DNA of 63,928 nucleotides, filler included, from Psammoneis japonica (taxonomy: Eukaryota): the NCBI GenBank assembly GCA_008632985.1. It is 4 parts of 4 records of this genome, joined end to end, with 100 filler letters (N's around TTAATTAATTAA, not from the genome) between each part and the next. Parts side by side here need not be neighbours in the genome. Positions count along the whole stretch, not along the records: positions 1 to 16,246 come from QPGO01000484.1; 3 more parts are not named here. One strand, 5' to 3'. The notes under the pieces were generated by a model. It was not told where the DNA came from and made no database searches. It worked only from the letters and a program-made list of their open reading frames with translations. Both the position numbers and the translations under genes were made by a program. This document shows positions 1-13,150 of this stretch, piece by piece; within the stretch, counting starts at the first letter, position 1; each line of letters begins with the position of its first letter.

Positions 1-2945
1 AGTTCTTCTTCGATGCCGAGTCCGACCCGAACCCGTGCCGGATCCACCGGTTCCCCAAGCTCACCATCTGTTGCTGTGGGATCTCTCAAGCTCCCGCTCT
101 TTTGGATCTCTGCAATGCTTTGGGAAGTCTCCTGTGGCTCGTCTGCCCCAGGATGATCCCCCCCCTCCTCCCCGCGTGAACGTCGCCTCAAGCACCGCCC
201 TGCGCTGTGTCGCTGCCCCTGTTGTTGGGGCGTGATTGTGTGTGCGATTGCGCTTTGGCATTTTGTGTGCGGCGGTGCTGTCCCTCCCCACCCCTTTCAA
301 TCATTGGACCGCCTCTCTTCTCAAACATGTGAAGTTGTCTCTGCTCTCGATGAGCGCGTCGATCTGTCGCCCGGTGCGTTCGTCCAGTGCCATGCTGTCA
401 AGGTCAGACAATTCAAATGTGAGTTGGCACGCTCAGAGGGAGACAAGCAAGACACCGCCACTCTACCTTTTGAACTTTCTGAGTTGATTGACAGGAGTGA
501 CGATGACGATTTCTTTGATGCATGCACGGAGCTCCCCGTCCATGCGGAACGCTTCTTCGATGCTGATGCCTTCCGCGAGTCTGACTGCTCGAGCCCAGAT
601 GTCTTCGGCATTGCTGACTTGTGTCACGCCCACTACTTTGTCGACTGTGCCAATGCTCCGGAGCTCGCTGTGGAGGATCCATCGGCTTCACCAGCTTTGC
701 CGACCTCCGCTGCACTTCGTGCCATTTCCGGGGAGACCCAACTTTTGCGTCTCGCCGCTGATCCCCAGGCCCTCTTCCACATCGGACCAAGTGATCTCCA
801 GGTTGTTTTTGACACTGGTGCCTCGCAGGCCATCACTCCTGACGAGAAAGATTTTGATGGTCCGATCAAGTGCTGCCGGACCCCACTCCGCCTCGGCGGC
901 ATGGCTGAAGGCATGTGCATCACTGGTGAGGGCACCGTCACGTGGACCTTTCAAGCCAGAGAGGGTCACGAAATTGCTGTCCAGCTCCGCGCCTTTCTCG
1001 TCCCATCCTCCAAGGTTCGCCCACTTTCTCCACAATGTCTCTTCCATGCAGACGGTGTCAAAGGACATTTTTGGGGTGACAGTGAGATTTTCAAGGTTTG
1101 TTTTGCAGACACGCCGGAGTCAACGCTCGAGTGCGACGAGCGCTCCCACTCACCAGTTGGCTGCACGACTCTTGGTTCCATCCATGCAACACAAGTCAAT
1201 TTGAGCGCCATCAGCGACCCGGATGACCTCAATCTGTCTGCTGGACAGAAGCTTCTCAATGAATGGCATCATGCGCGCTTTGGGCACTTAAATTTTCCCA
1301 AGATCCAGCTCCACTCGCGCCATCCGTTCGAGGCCATGAAATTCAAGGCAGCATCCAAATGCGACATTCCAAAATGCGGTGCATGCGAACATGCCAAGGC
1401 TCATCGCCGTTCTTTGAAGTCTGCCATTCACAAATCCGACCCCAAGTGCGATGGAGCGTTGAAGGCTGACCATCTCAATCCCGGCCAGTCCGTCAGCGTT
1501 GACCATTTCGAATCGCGTCTCAAGGGCCGTGCCTGTGATTCATGCGGCAAACCGTCCTCCCAGCAGCATGTTGGTGGCTGCATCTTTGTCGACCACTCCT
1601 CTGGTCACATCCACGTTGAACACCAAGTCGGTTTCTCCGCTGTCGAGACTGTTCAAGCGAAACAGGCATGTGAGACCCATGGCAATGGACACGGCGTGAT
1701 CGTCCAAACTTGCCTCACGACGGTGGCGCTTTCAAGGCCAACCAGTTCGTTTCCCACATCCATGACTCCCAGCAACGCATGCACTTTTGTGGCACCAACG
1801 CTCATCATCAAAATGGTGTTGCCAAACGCTCCTTTCGGCCCACATCCAATGTGGCTCGCGCCATGATCCTCCATGCTTCGATTCACTGGCGTGGCGGCAT
1901 CGACAGCTCTCTGTGGCCCATGGCAGTGCATTGTGCTGCCCACATCTACAACGCCACTCCCGGCACTCATGGTCTGTGTCCCGCCGACATCTTTGCTGGC
2001 TCCACCGTCCCACGCCACCGCCTCCGCAATCTCCACGTTTGGGGTTGTCCCGTCTGCGTCTTGGATCCCAAATTACAGGAGGGCAAGAAACTTCCCCATT
2101 GGCAGCCGCGTTCTCGGCGTGGTGTCTTTCTTGGACTCAGCAACATTCACACCAGTGAGGTGCCGTTGGTCCTCAATCTCAATGCTGGCTCCATCACTCC
2201 CCAGTGCCACGTCGTGTTTGACAATCTCTTCACCACGGTTGCTTCGATCGCGAGGGAGAGCGAACCGCCAGATCACTGGGAAGAGTTGTGGTTGGAGAAC
2301 ACCACTCAAATTCCCTTGGACTCGACCGATGGACCGTTGTTCCTTCAAGACGACTGGCTCACTCCTGCTGAACTTGAACAGAAACGACGACATGAGACTG
2401 GGGAACGCAATGTTCGCGCTGCACGTCAACAGCAGCAGAACTTGCCGAAACCCACTGAGAAACCAAAACCCACAGCGGATCCTTTGCCATCTCCAAATCC
2501 ACCACCGTCTACACCATCGACACCAACAACTGCAGTTGATCCATCACTGACACCACCGCCACAAACAACATCGCTTCAAAACCCATCATCGCCGATGCCT
2601 CCAGTTGACGATCCTCCACCTTCAGTCGCACGTCCGCCGTCTGCTGCTGGCGATGGTCCGGGCACGTCAGTCCCATCCACGACTGCTCCAGTCCCACCTG
2701 AACCCTCATCCACGACTGAGACACCAGGGGTGCGCCGATCCCAACGGTCGAACAAGGGCACGCGCACAGCTGCTCGTTTCGCTGATGAAGTGTGTCTGGC
2801 TTCTGTTGTCCCTGACGATGTTGGAGGACAACAGGCTCAGCTTGCCCATTTGGCTGAGATCCAGACTGACCATGATTCGGGTGTTTTGGATGTTCAGGAC
2901 CCGCGGATCTGCGCCGCCAAGGTCAAACGCAATGCGGATGATCCG
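1..2945 (+). mobile_element. Ty1/Copia (CoDi-like) internal fragment: protease, GAG-pre-integrase and integrase, truncated before RT; degenerate
   Basis: Colinear with 35110-38060. Motifs VVFDTGAS, WHxRFGH, GGCIFVDH, HHQNGVAxR, HVWGCPV, GVFLG. Frameshifts and Tyr-to-Cys/His changes throughout. Confidence 0.93.
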
Positions 2946-4681
2946 TCGCCTTCGACCAGCACCCAGCTTGCCTTCCGAGGCCAATCCGGATGTAAAAGAC
3001 ACTCCATCGAGTCGTCCTTTGCATGAAGCTTTTAATGCAGACGCGCAAGATGAGGCATCTCTGCCTGTTAGCTTCAAGCGCATTCAAAAAGCACAACAAA
3101 AGGACAAGCGCCTACTCTCACGAGCTAAGGACTCGTCCGACTACTCCATTCGCGCGTATCGTGGGGGAAGGTCATCACGACAGTTAATCTGTCATAAGGA
3201 CAAAATCGCAGTACCACAGTCATTGCAGGTTCCGCTAACTGAATGGTACCACGAGACACTGTGTCATCCAGGTGAGACACGTACGGAAATATCTATTGCC
3301 TAGCACTTCTACTGGCCTAGTATGAGGTCTACGGTGCATTCTACGTGCGTTAAGTGCGATCGATGCCAGAAGACAAAACGCCGAACGCAGCGTTAGGGGA
3401 AGCTACCAGAAAAGGTCGCAGAGATAATTCCATGGGAGACTCTATGCATAGATATGATAGGGCCATATAAAATTCAAAGACGCGGAAAGGACACTTTGCA
3501 ATTATGGGCAGTCACAATGATTGACCCAGCAACCGGGTGGTTCGAGATTGAAGAAGTGTCTACGAAACGCGCAGACGTCGTAGCAAACGTCGTGGAACAA
3601 ACGTGGCTATGCAGATATCCGTGGCCAACCCAGGTGGTTTATGACCGTGGGACAGAATTTATGGCAGAATTTAGCCAGATGATTAAAAATGACTATTGGA
3701 TTTTGAAGAAACCCATAAGTAACGGAATCCACAGGCGAATGCCATAGTGGAACGTGTACACCAGACACTTGGTAACATGGTACGTTCCTTTTCAGTACAG
3801 GATATGGAACTGGACGAAGATGACCCATGGAGTGGCATCCTCCCCGCAGTAGCCTTCGCTATTAGAGCTACGGTAAATACGACCACGCGTGCAAGTCCCA
3901 TGCAATTGGTCTTCGGACGCGATGCGGTTTTATCTATTGCCTATCGTGCTAAGTGGAAGTACATAGAAACCAGAAAGCAGAAGCTTATCTACTTAAACAA
4001 CAAGCGTGAAAATCAGAAACGCAAGGAGTATCAATATACCGTAGGGCAATTGGTACTTATCAAACAGGAACAATCCTCTAAATACGGTTCTGACAGCTAT
4101 GCAGGACCCGCCAGAGTTGTCCGTGTATATGACAACGGCACGTTGCGTATCCAGAACGGAGCGCTGATAGATACGTACAATCTACGGCAGATTGTACCCT
4201 ATCACCAGTAAGACATCCTGTCACTTAACGGCCCTGATCATGGGGGAGTGTGCAGTATGCCTCGCTACTGGACAACACGGCGAGACCGTGCATAAGCCTC
4301 TTGTACGTGGCAACGTAGTGTTGTTAACACGTACCTGGGAAGCACGACCACAGGAGGGCGTGGCTCTAGGTCTTAGGCAATTCCAGAAGGATGCTAAGAG
4401 AGCATCCGTGTGAAGCACACTAGCCCGTCGTCTGGCCCACGATGGCAGCGTGATTCCACACGATGACATCACTCGTGCATGGCGCGTGATGGCTTGATTC
4501 ACACGATCCACAACGCGAACGCACGATCGATTTGATGCGATCCAAATGCGAACGAACAGGGATTTGGCAAGATTCCCCATTCGCATGATCCCACTTTCTC
4601 TGCTCTAAACTGGCTCACAATTTTCACAACGACAAAGTTGCAACACATCTTCTTTTCAGCGCCCAGCACATGCACGGGGCA
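2946..4681 (+). mobile_element. Ty3/Gypsy 3' fragment: integrase, PPT and probable 3' LTR
   Basis: HHCC zinc finger (WYHETLCHPG...CVKCDRCQ), PWETLCIDMIGP, DRGTEF, ANAIVERVHQTL. Internal TAG stops; ORF ends at 4211. PPT GGGGGAG at 4242-4248 followed by TGTG. The LTR end is approximate (4670-4681). Confidence 0.85.
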
Positions 4682-6559
4682 CTGTCGACGCTGCTCACGT
4701 CTTTCTTGCACTTCTGATGTTCGGCACACTTGGGACACTTGGGATCGTTGGCCCAGTGGTCCGGAGCACCACATGCATTGCAGGCCCCTTTTCTGGTCTT
4801 GGAAGTGTTGTTGCTCTGAGGGAGCTTGGTGGAAAGTCCGGGCCAATCCTTGTCGGTGACGCAGAAGCGATGCTCCTTCTGCAAAAAGGAGGTGCACGCT
4901 GTGGGCCCGAGTTCATCACAGCCGGAGTCCGCGGTGATTGCCTTGGGATCGCCAAGGCGATGCTTGTGTTCCATGGTCGACACCTTGTCCAACTTGGCGC
5001 AAATCTTGCGATTGAATGCCTCACATGAGGTCTTTTGGCACTTCTTGAGAATGCTCGACCCGAGGTCGACAGGTGACGCACACCCAGCTTGGAGCAGCTT
5101 GGTGAGACGGAGAGCTTCGGCAGCGAACTCAGTCACGTCCTCACCTGGGTGGGATGCAAGCGATGGAGCATCGAGGTCCTCGGCGGCTTGGGCAATGTCA
5201 TGCACGGCAGATGCATTGCAAGCATCCAAAGCCATCATCAAACAGACTTGACCGGGGTGGCACTCAAAGAGATCGTCATGTCCGAATTGGACCTCGATCT
5301 TCTCGCAGAATCGGTGTGAGATTCTAGACTCAACAACCAATCGGGAGAGGGCGACATCATTGTGCTCGTAATCGTCGCAGGCAGTGAAGTCCTTGGCGAC
5401 GTTGGCGTGATGAAGGCACTCGGCAATCACCTCATCGACCGCAAAAGAGTGGAGATGGTCGAATGGCGACACAACCTTCTTCTCGAGCTTCACAGCGAAG
5501 AAGTTCTCCAAGCCATGCTCCTTGACAAGGGTGCGGATAGCTTGAACGAAGTGGGATTGGTCGAGCTCGTTGGAGGTCGTGTCAGTGAGCTTGAGGTTTC
5601 CATCAAACTTGACGACGAGTGTTCCGTCTCGAGCTTCGCGAAGAGCACGTTCGATGTGCAGCAGAATCTTCTTGTCGTGAGACTGGTTGGTTGAGCGGCA
5701 GGAACGAGGCAGCTTGGGCTTGCAGTCATCGTCCAATGGAGAACCGCCCATGCATCGCCCACATTCTGGATGGATCCCTCCATGCCTTGGAGGAGGCGGA
5801 GGTTGATTGGCTCCTGTGGTGGAACTGCTGTTCTTGCCAGCGGGAGCAGCAGGTGTCCCATTGCCGGTTCGAGAAGGTTGAGGAGTCTGACTCCTCTGTT
5901 GCGGAGTCTTGGTGCCCTTGGGGGTCTTGGACGGAGTCTTTGACGGCATTCCGGCCATGGTGGATTTGAGTCAGTGCGCAGAACTTGGTGCTGAAGCTGC
6001 GTGGAGTTTGGGGCACAAACGGCAAAATGAAGCTCTTGATGCAGCATCATTGGGAGACTGCCGCAGAAGCTCAACAATCAATCAGCAATGAGAGTGTCGT
6101 CGTTGAACAGCGTGAGAGGCAGGTCTTGACTTGGCATGGACTCGGAGAGTTCGAAACGACTCAACCCGGGTTTGGTGTCACAACGGCCGAAAATGACGAC
6201 GCTTGACGATGATGATTCCGGCTCCGTGGATCGGTTCCAGTGGCGGGAAAATGTGTACGAGCCCATCAACGAAGGAGGGAGGCTCAGCTGTACGTAGTGT
6301 CGTCGTCGACAGACTGGAGAGGTCTGTCGAATCGATGAACGGCGATTCCGTTTGAAACGGACGATCGACGGCTTGAGATGACTGACTGCAGATGTCGAAA
6401 GAGCTGATGCTCAAGGTTGTAAACTAGTGGCTGTTGTTGTTGCAAAAGTCGTTGACTGAAAATTATGACTGCAACATCGAGCAGAGTTTTGATGGCGGAA
6501 TTTGAAAATTGATGCGCGCGATTACGCGCAGTCGACAGGTAGATTGACAGACGTCAACT
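4682..6559 (-). mobile_element. Copia 5' half (LTR, UTR, gag) of the same family as 32489-39909; PBS deleted
   Basis: Reverse complement matches the LTR at 39715 and gag at 33148-34430 (MAGMPSKTPSKTPK, zinc knuckle CNACGAPDHWANDPKC). Confidence 0.93.
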
Positions 6560-6669
6560 CGCAGCGGAGAGCGGAGGCTGTGTTGACACCGATTATCGGC
6601 TGTCATCCTCTCGAATACTCTCTTATCTGTTCAAGCGCGGCTCTATACATATGGCGCGTCAAAGAGAAT

Positions 6670-8095
6670 ATGACGAAGATGCACAGCTCGCATTCTCAGA
6701 AATCGGCGCCCGTGATTCTCTTACGGGGCAAAGGCAAGAAGCGGGTTTACAATGAACAGATTGCCCATATTATAAGTAAACGGGTGAATCATGGAGGGTG
6801 GGTAACTGTAGCAGTTGGAGGAGAGGACGACTCAAAAGAGGCAGTAAAGTGGCGTAACAAGGCGTGGAGGCATCGCAACTCCACAAAAGCCGTCAATTTC
6901 GGACCTTAAAGATTGCTGTTTGGTTCATATTCTATCGTTTCTTGGTGCTGGTGAGCCTACAGTGTCTGCTCCTTCAGAAGAGAGTGATGGTTTAGGCGTG
7001 AAAATCCGCAGCCCAGATTCTGTTGATACACTCCTGACTCTTCCTGAAGCAGAAAGCCTTCACTGCACCATTGCACACGTCTGCAAGCGATTCAACAAGT
7101 TATGCAAAAGTTGCCTACCAGCCATTCTTGGACGTCTTGATGCTGATTTTGTTCTTTTTGATTGGTTGAAGTATGTGCCGTGGGTCACAACACGCAAGCT
7201 ACAATTGCGTAGCTTGAAATTCACGAAACTCTCCTCACTTGCCGACTTGGGACTTTTCTTACACATACTTCGAATGTGTGATGTATCCAAGCTAACGACA
7301 CTCGTCGCTACATATGACGAGCGGATGTGGAATGAACAGGGGAGTGGGCTGATAGCAAAACGTGCTTGGCTGCTAGGAGTCACTACTGCGCAAGGCCGAG
7401 ATGTGTTTGATTTAACGCGACCGCCTAGGCCTCTCTCTTCTGGCGACATTTTAGATCAGCTAGGCCTTCCTAGATCTTTGCCGAGAGTGTCCTCGATCGA
7501 TTCTTTTTACCGGTCGGTTGCAGAAATCTGTCCAAGTCTTGTAAATCTCAAGACTACGCTCGCGTTCGGTCGAGATGACTTCAAAGTCGAAAGATCTACT
7601 TGGGGGCAAATGAAGATTCGCGGATTACATCTTGTCATCACAAGCTTTGATTGGCGTGAAATCCAAAGAGATACTCTGTCTTTTACAGAGCTGAGAGAAG
7701 ATACTCTGGCATTCACAGAGCTCGTTGAATCCCTTCCCTCCCTTGAAACCCTCCGTTTGAGCAATTCTCAGCGTGACCATTTCTATAACCAGCAGCTTTG
7801 CCTCAGGTCGACAAGCTTGCAGTTGATTGACATGGTAGACGTGGGAAAGAATGTGTGGTTGTCAGGTTGCGACTGCCCATTACTCAAACAGCTCGATTGT
7901 GTATCGACTCTTTATGGGAACGGTGTGAGACCTCGGAACGACGACGGCGAGCTGTACGTTGGCATGCAAGGAGGCGAATATCGTGCTGGAGAGACACGAT
8001 TTGATGGTGTCTATACCAGTGATCAGAATTTTGTGTGTGATGGATTGGATGTTCCGGATAACTGTCTGGTTCGAATAAGGGATTTCCAAGTTTAA
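6670..8095 (+). CDS. F-box-like / LRR-like protein; probable 1-bp frameshift near 6900
   Basis: DLKDCCLVHILSFL and IAHVCKRFNKLCK resemble an F-box, followed by LRR-like segments (CPSLVNL, LPSLETLRLS, CPLLKQL). Normal TpA content. Start is uncertain. Confidence 0.55.
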
Positions 8096-8374
8096 TGTAG
8101 CGCTTTTACTAAGTTAATACATACTAGTCTCAGTCAGAACCTCCGATGCACTCTCCATCGTGAGTCGATCGACGATGGAGAGTGCCTCCAATGCTAAAAG
8201 CGCGATGAGGATCCACGTGGATCTTTCTCTTCCAAAGATATTAGATATTCTCGCGTTACGTAGGTTCCTACAGAGTTGACTACTAAGCCGATCTTTCAGT
8301 CGCGACACGACGAACGCGGAATCGAATCAGAATAAAGGCGATCGAAAAACGCCAAACTGAAACACTAACTCATC

Positions 8375-9074
8375 ATGGGAGTCACCAAGGTATTATCTGC
8401 CCGCTCGTTTTCTATCGTTTGTTGCACTGCGTTGACCACAGTGAACACTTACCGGTACCTACTCATTCGTATTGTTAGGAAGTTATTAAACCAGGAGACG
8501 GGAAGACATTTCCCAAGCGAGGCGATAAGCTCTCCATGCATTATCAGTAAGTTTTTCTGTATGAAATCAACTTGAACGCACCTTTCATATTCAAATCTTT
8601 GTCTAATCTCTTCTATCTTTCTTTTTTCGACAGTGGCACGTTGGCTTCGAATGGTCAAAAATTTGACGCGAGCCGCGGTAAGAAGCAACCCGCAAATTCT
8701 ACCTTCTGTACCCCGCAAAGGATGGTCTGTCTCTTAATACTCACCTGCGCATCTCCCCTTTTCTCTTTTCCTTTACGCAGACCGTGGGCGTCCATTTGTG
8801 TTTACCATTGGTATCGGTAAGTTTCGTTTCTGGCGCATCCGAAGCTTGAATATGACGTGAGCTTATATTTCCATAATGAATGTTTGCCACCGGTTCTTCG
8901 ATAGGTCAAGTTATTCGAGGGTGGGATGAGGGCGTTATGCAAATGAGCGTTGGAGAGGAAGCTATTCTTCATATTACCTCCGATTATGGCTACGGGGCTG
9001 GCGGGGCTGGTAATGTCATTCCACCAAATGCCGATCTTGACTTTCGTGTGGAACTGTTGGAAATTTTGAAGTAA
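8375..9074 (+). CDS. FKBP12: FKBP12-type peptidyl-prolyl isomerase, 5 exons (8375-8389, 8479-8546, 8634-8677, 8781-8816, 8905-9074), 110 aa
   Basis: GT-AG splicing gives 333 nt in frame: [27 protein letters not shown]...[29 protein letters not shown]...[14 protein letters not shown]. Confidence 0.95.
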
Positions 9075-10399
9075 ATCTGATGCAGTGATTGGGACAGTAT
9101 TTTTGACTGTTGTTGGTGAAAGCTTGACCTGGCACAATAGCGAAGCAATGAGCCATAATTTTTGTGGGATAAGAAATAGCATGGTAGCCCCTCAGCTTAC
9201 TAATCTCTAAGGAGTGTACCTTGAGCTTTACCGAATGCTTGTACAGCACCAAAAGTAGAGGTGAAGCTTCTAAAAACTAGAAAGTGCAGCTTGAGCCCTA
9301 AAGCTTGAACCCCTCACTCGCTGTCCCAGGTGTGGACGTGAAGGATTTGACAAACGTTTCTTTTCTGGAGGCAACCCGCATGAGCCGATCTGACAATCCA
9401 CACAAGTCTTTTTGGCCGAGGATGCAATGGGGTCCTGGACATTGTGGCTCATGAATGCTGCAGACAAGATCAAGGCAGAGCACATGTTTGTGCTCCACTC
9501 CGTGTTGTCCCAGCAGTGGTTCAGCGCGGACGTGGTGTTGTCCAATGAAGTTGATCTCGATGCCTTCTTTTTGGTGTGCCAGTGGTGGTTGTCATTGATT
9601 GGTGGAAAGGTGCCCAGGTCTCGCTGATTGCCTGTTGAGGAAATTGAAAAGTGAAAAACAAATGCTCACAGATTTCCTGCCGTGTTCTCCTTGCTGGACA
9701 GCCAGTTTTTGTCAATGTTGCCCCAAAGGACAAAAGGGAATGTTCTTGAAGACTGCTTGACAGCAATTCCATGCAAGGAAAGACAGCCAGCTACTTTCCA
9801 ATCTTCCAAATTAAATGGCAAGGTTCGTGAACCCATTGCTTGCTGGCACAGTTTTGTAAAAAGGCCTGGCTGCTGTTGCTGCTGTGCTGGATAATCCAGA
9901 CTGCTTGTTGAGCATTGATTTTGTTGTCATTCTGTTGGAGCCAGAGCACAAACAGAGATCATGAAAAACCCGGATGGGTTGAAGAACAGAGACACACAAC
10001 TCATGACTCACAAGGTGGCTCATTGGGTGATTCATTGCTGCACCAGTTTTGCCATTGTCAATCTCTCACCTTTGTTTTTCATTTCACTCTTTGGAGTGAA
10101 TCATTTGGTTTGCATGATTCATCATTCAGCATTGGCAGGCACCTGCCATTGCACAAGTTTGCAGTTTACATTGACACCTTTGGCAACCCACAGCCATCAC
10201 AGACTGCCAAGGCAAGTGCAGTGAGCAGCACAGAAAGCCCAGCAGGATTTTTTTTGGTGACACTCTTTGCAACTGGCACAGGAGGAAAAATGATGAGCAA
10301 AGAGATGGCAAGAATGGCAGTGGTGGCAACAATGACAACAGCAGCAACTGGTCCGACAACAACACAAAGAGCCAGAGCCATGCCCACAAGAGTGACCAG

Positions 10400-13150
10400 A
10401 GCAATGCTGTGGTGTGTCACTGTGTTGCAGCAAACTGAGCCACATGCCTCCAGACTGCAAGCATCAACAAGACACTGCATGTGGCAGACATGAGTTGGGA
10501 ATGAGACCACTTGACAGTGGTTGGTGACAACACTGGCATCAATGCACCACCGGATCCAACCAATTGGCCCACTGTGGCTGAAGCAGGAGTGTTGCATGGC
10601 ATGGGCTGCAGCTGGCAAATGAAAGAAGAAGAGCAACAAGAAGCACAGAAGTGCATCCAGAGCTGTGGTTCTGACAGTGGAGCAGAGTTCCACAAGCCAC
10701 ACCAAGAGGAAGGCAGCAAGCACTTGGTGAGCACTCAGACTGTGCTGCAAAGCTGGAGTTCCCAGTGTGAGGAATTTCAAGCTGTTTTCACCTCAAACCA
10801 GGTTAAAAACTTGTCAATCATGCCCAAAGATGTGGACAGGATGGTTGCATTTTGGGGCCAACCAACAGACTTGCTGAAGGGCAAGACCAAATGTGCACAT
10901 TGCTCCCATGAGAGGAGCAACATTGTGGCTGTCCCATCGGACACACACACAAGAAGCAGAGAGAAGGCACAATCCTCTGCATTGATGTTGTGGAAGCATG
11001 CAGAGTTGGGACACTGCACACAACAGACAAGATGATTCAGTGCCAATTGAGAGTGTGAGACTGAGGTCCAAAAAGCATGTCAATGCATGCAATGCACTGA
11101 ACACAACCCCCCAACAATCAGTTCAGCATGGCTTCATTCAAGATTGTCTTTGTCAAGTGTGACCCCAAGTTTGAGGACATGCTGGCAGAAGTTGCCGATG
11201 GCATGAACTTAGAGCTGATGCCTGCAAACACTGGCAACCATGTTCCTGAAGTTGAAAAGAGCATTGGGACAATCAAAGAGCAAACTCAAGACACTGCACA
11301 CCACCTGCCATGCAAGATGATGCCCAAGTTGATGTGTGAGCATTCCATGACAAAGAATGTTGTCATGTCAAACATGCACCACACCAAGAAGGAATTTTCA
11401 ACATGTGCAGTCCACACACTGTTGTGCAATGAAAAAACCTTGACTGTGACAACAAGCGCACTTTGAGCTTGCATTTGGTGAATTTGTCATGTCTCATGTT
11501 GAGAACAACCCAACAAACACCATTGACATGCACAGCATTGACAGCATGCATCTGCAACCATGCTTTGACATTCCCAAGGGTGGCCACTGTGCTGTGAACC
11601 TGCACAACATGGGCAAGCTTCTCAATCTCCACAAGTGCACTGCCGTGCCCCTGACTGACACATGTGAGCAGTCAAGAATCAAGAAGATGGCCACAGCACA
11701 AGGTGTCAAAGACCCAAGTTGCAGGCAAATGTGGAGACAACCTGCATTGTGCTGACTGGACTGCAGGAGAGTGGACAATGATGAAAGTGACAGCAAATAA
11801 AAAAGTGAAGAAAACAAAAACAAAAACAAACACACCAGCAGTGCCAACTGCCTGACCAAGTCAGAAGATGAAGACTGTGATTGTGAAGCAAACTCAGACA
11901 ACGAGCATGAAGAAACAAATGAAGTCCTTGCTGATGAAAGGCTCAGCTCCAATGAGCAGCACAAGAGCCAAGAAGTCAAAGAAGAAGATGGAGATGACAA
12001 AGAGTCAGAGGACAATTCATGTCCCACACAGAGTGACCAGGACTGGCAAATCATTCAATGTCAAATCACGTGAACACAGAGAAAAGAAAGTTTGATTTTC
12101 AGGAGCGGCAGACAACACAAAAGAAAAGCCCAAGCAGAACAGACTTGAGTGCTGTTGCCCACTTGCAAGCAGCTGAATGTGAGCCCCAATCCAGAGGATG
12201 ACATCAAGTGCAGCGCAGATGCAGCAATGGTGCTGGTGTGCACAACTCATCATGTGCAAGATTGACAGCTGACTCCAATCAGGAAAGAGCACCTCCTTTG
12301 TCCAGCAGCATTTGCTGCACAAAGACCCAAAAGCATTTGTCCAGAGGGGGCATGACATCTCAGAGAAGGAGGTTGGACAACTCCATGACAGGGTGTGCTT
12401 TGCACCAATGTCAGTTGAAGACATGACTCTGACTCAGAGGACCAAGGCTGTGATTGCCTTGATGCTCCAGCAAGATAGCTGCCACAAAAGGGCCGGCAGT
12501 TTGCAGCTGAAAACCAGCTGCAAAATGACTGGACAAGGAATTCAGCTGGCCTGATGGCACCATTGGAAGGAACACCAACAAAGACAGCCATCATTGATGC
12601 CATGGAAGGGCACAACACAATGAGTGCTAATGTGCCAAACACATTTGTGCAGACATTGACTTTGGAGCCTCAGGAAGGCAAAGACCAGATCATGATGAAA
12701 ATTGCAGGAGTGTGTTGGTTGCCGCACTGGCAAGCATTGATCCCCACCTGCCTCCTGTGTGGGCTCCATGTGGTCATGGAGAAAAGGAAAAGAGTCCTCT
12801 GTGTGTTGAAGTTGCTGGAGCTGTTTGCAGCATGTTGGTCACAGCTCTGCTGTGGTGCAAGTGATTTTGCAAGGACTTGGAGAAAAAATCGGGTTCAAGG
12901 TCAACCCATGTGATGTGTGCACTGCCAATCAAACAGTCAATGGCACCCAGAGCACTGTGCATTTCCTTGCAGACACCTCCCACCATTGAGCCACGTGAAC
13001 CCAAAAGTCAATGTGACAAATTTCTGAGTTGGCCAAACAAAATGGATGGGAGCAATGGAAAGTCATTGCAACATGAGGGAAGAAGCTTGGCTGCTGGGAG
13101 GAGGGGATTCTGTGCAGCTGGATGAAAAAATGAGAGACACACACCTGGCA
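10400..13150 (+). mobile_element. Old, heavily decayed Copia element of a different family (integrase and RT remnants)
   Basis: HVPEVEKSIGTIKE (integrase), FGEFV..HVENNPTNT, NVPNTFVQT, FKVNPCDVCTANQTVNG (RT-like NPYD). Almost no TpA. Boundaries are approximate. Confidence 0.7.

Noticed and set aside
1..2945. ADAR-type RNA editing or RT error as the cause
   Set aside because: Both strands are hit, the two LTRs of one element differ, and DNA elements are also affected.
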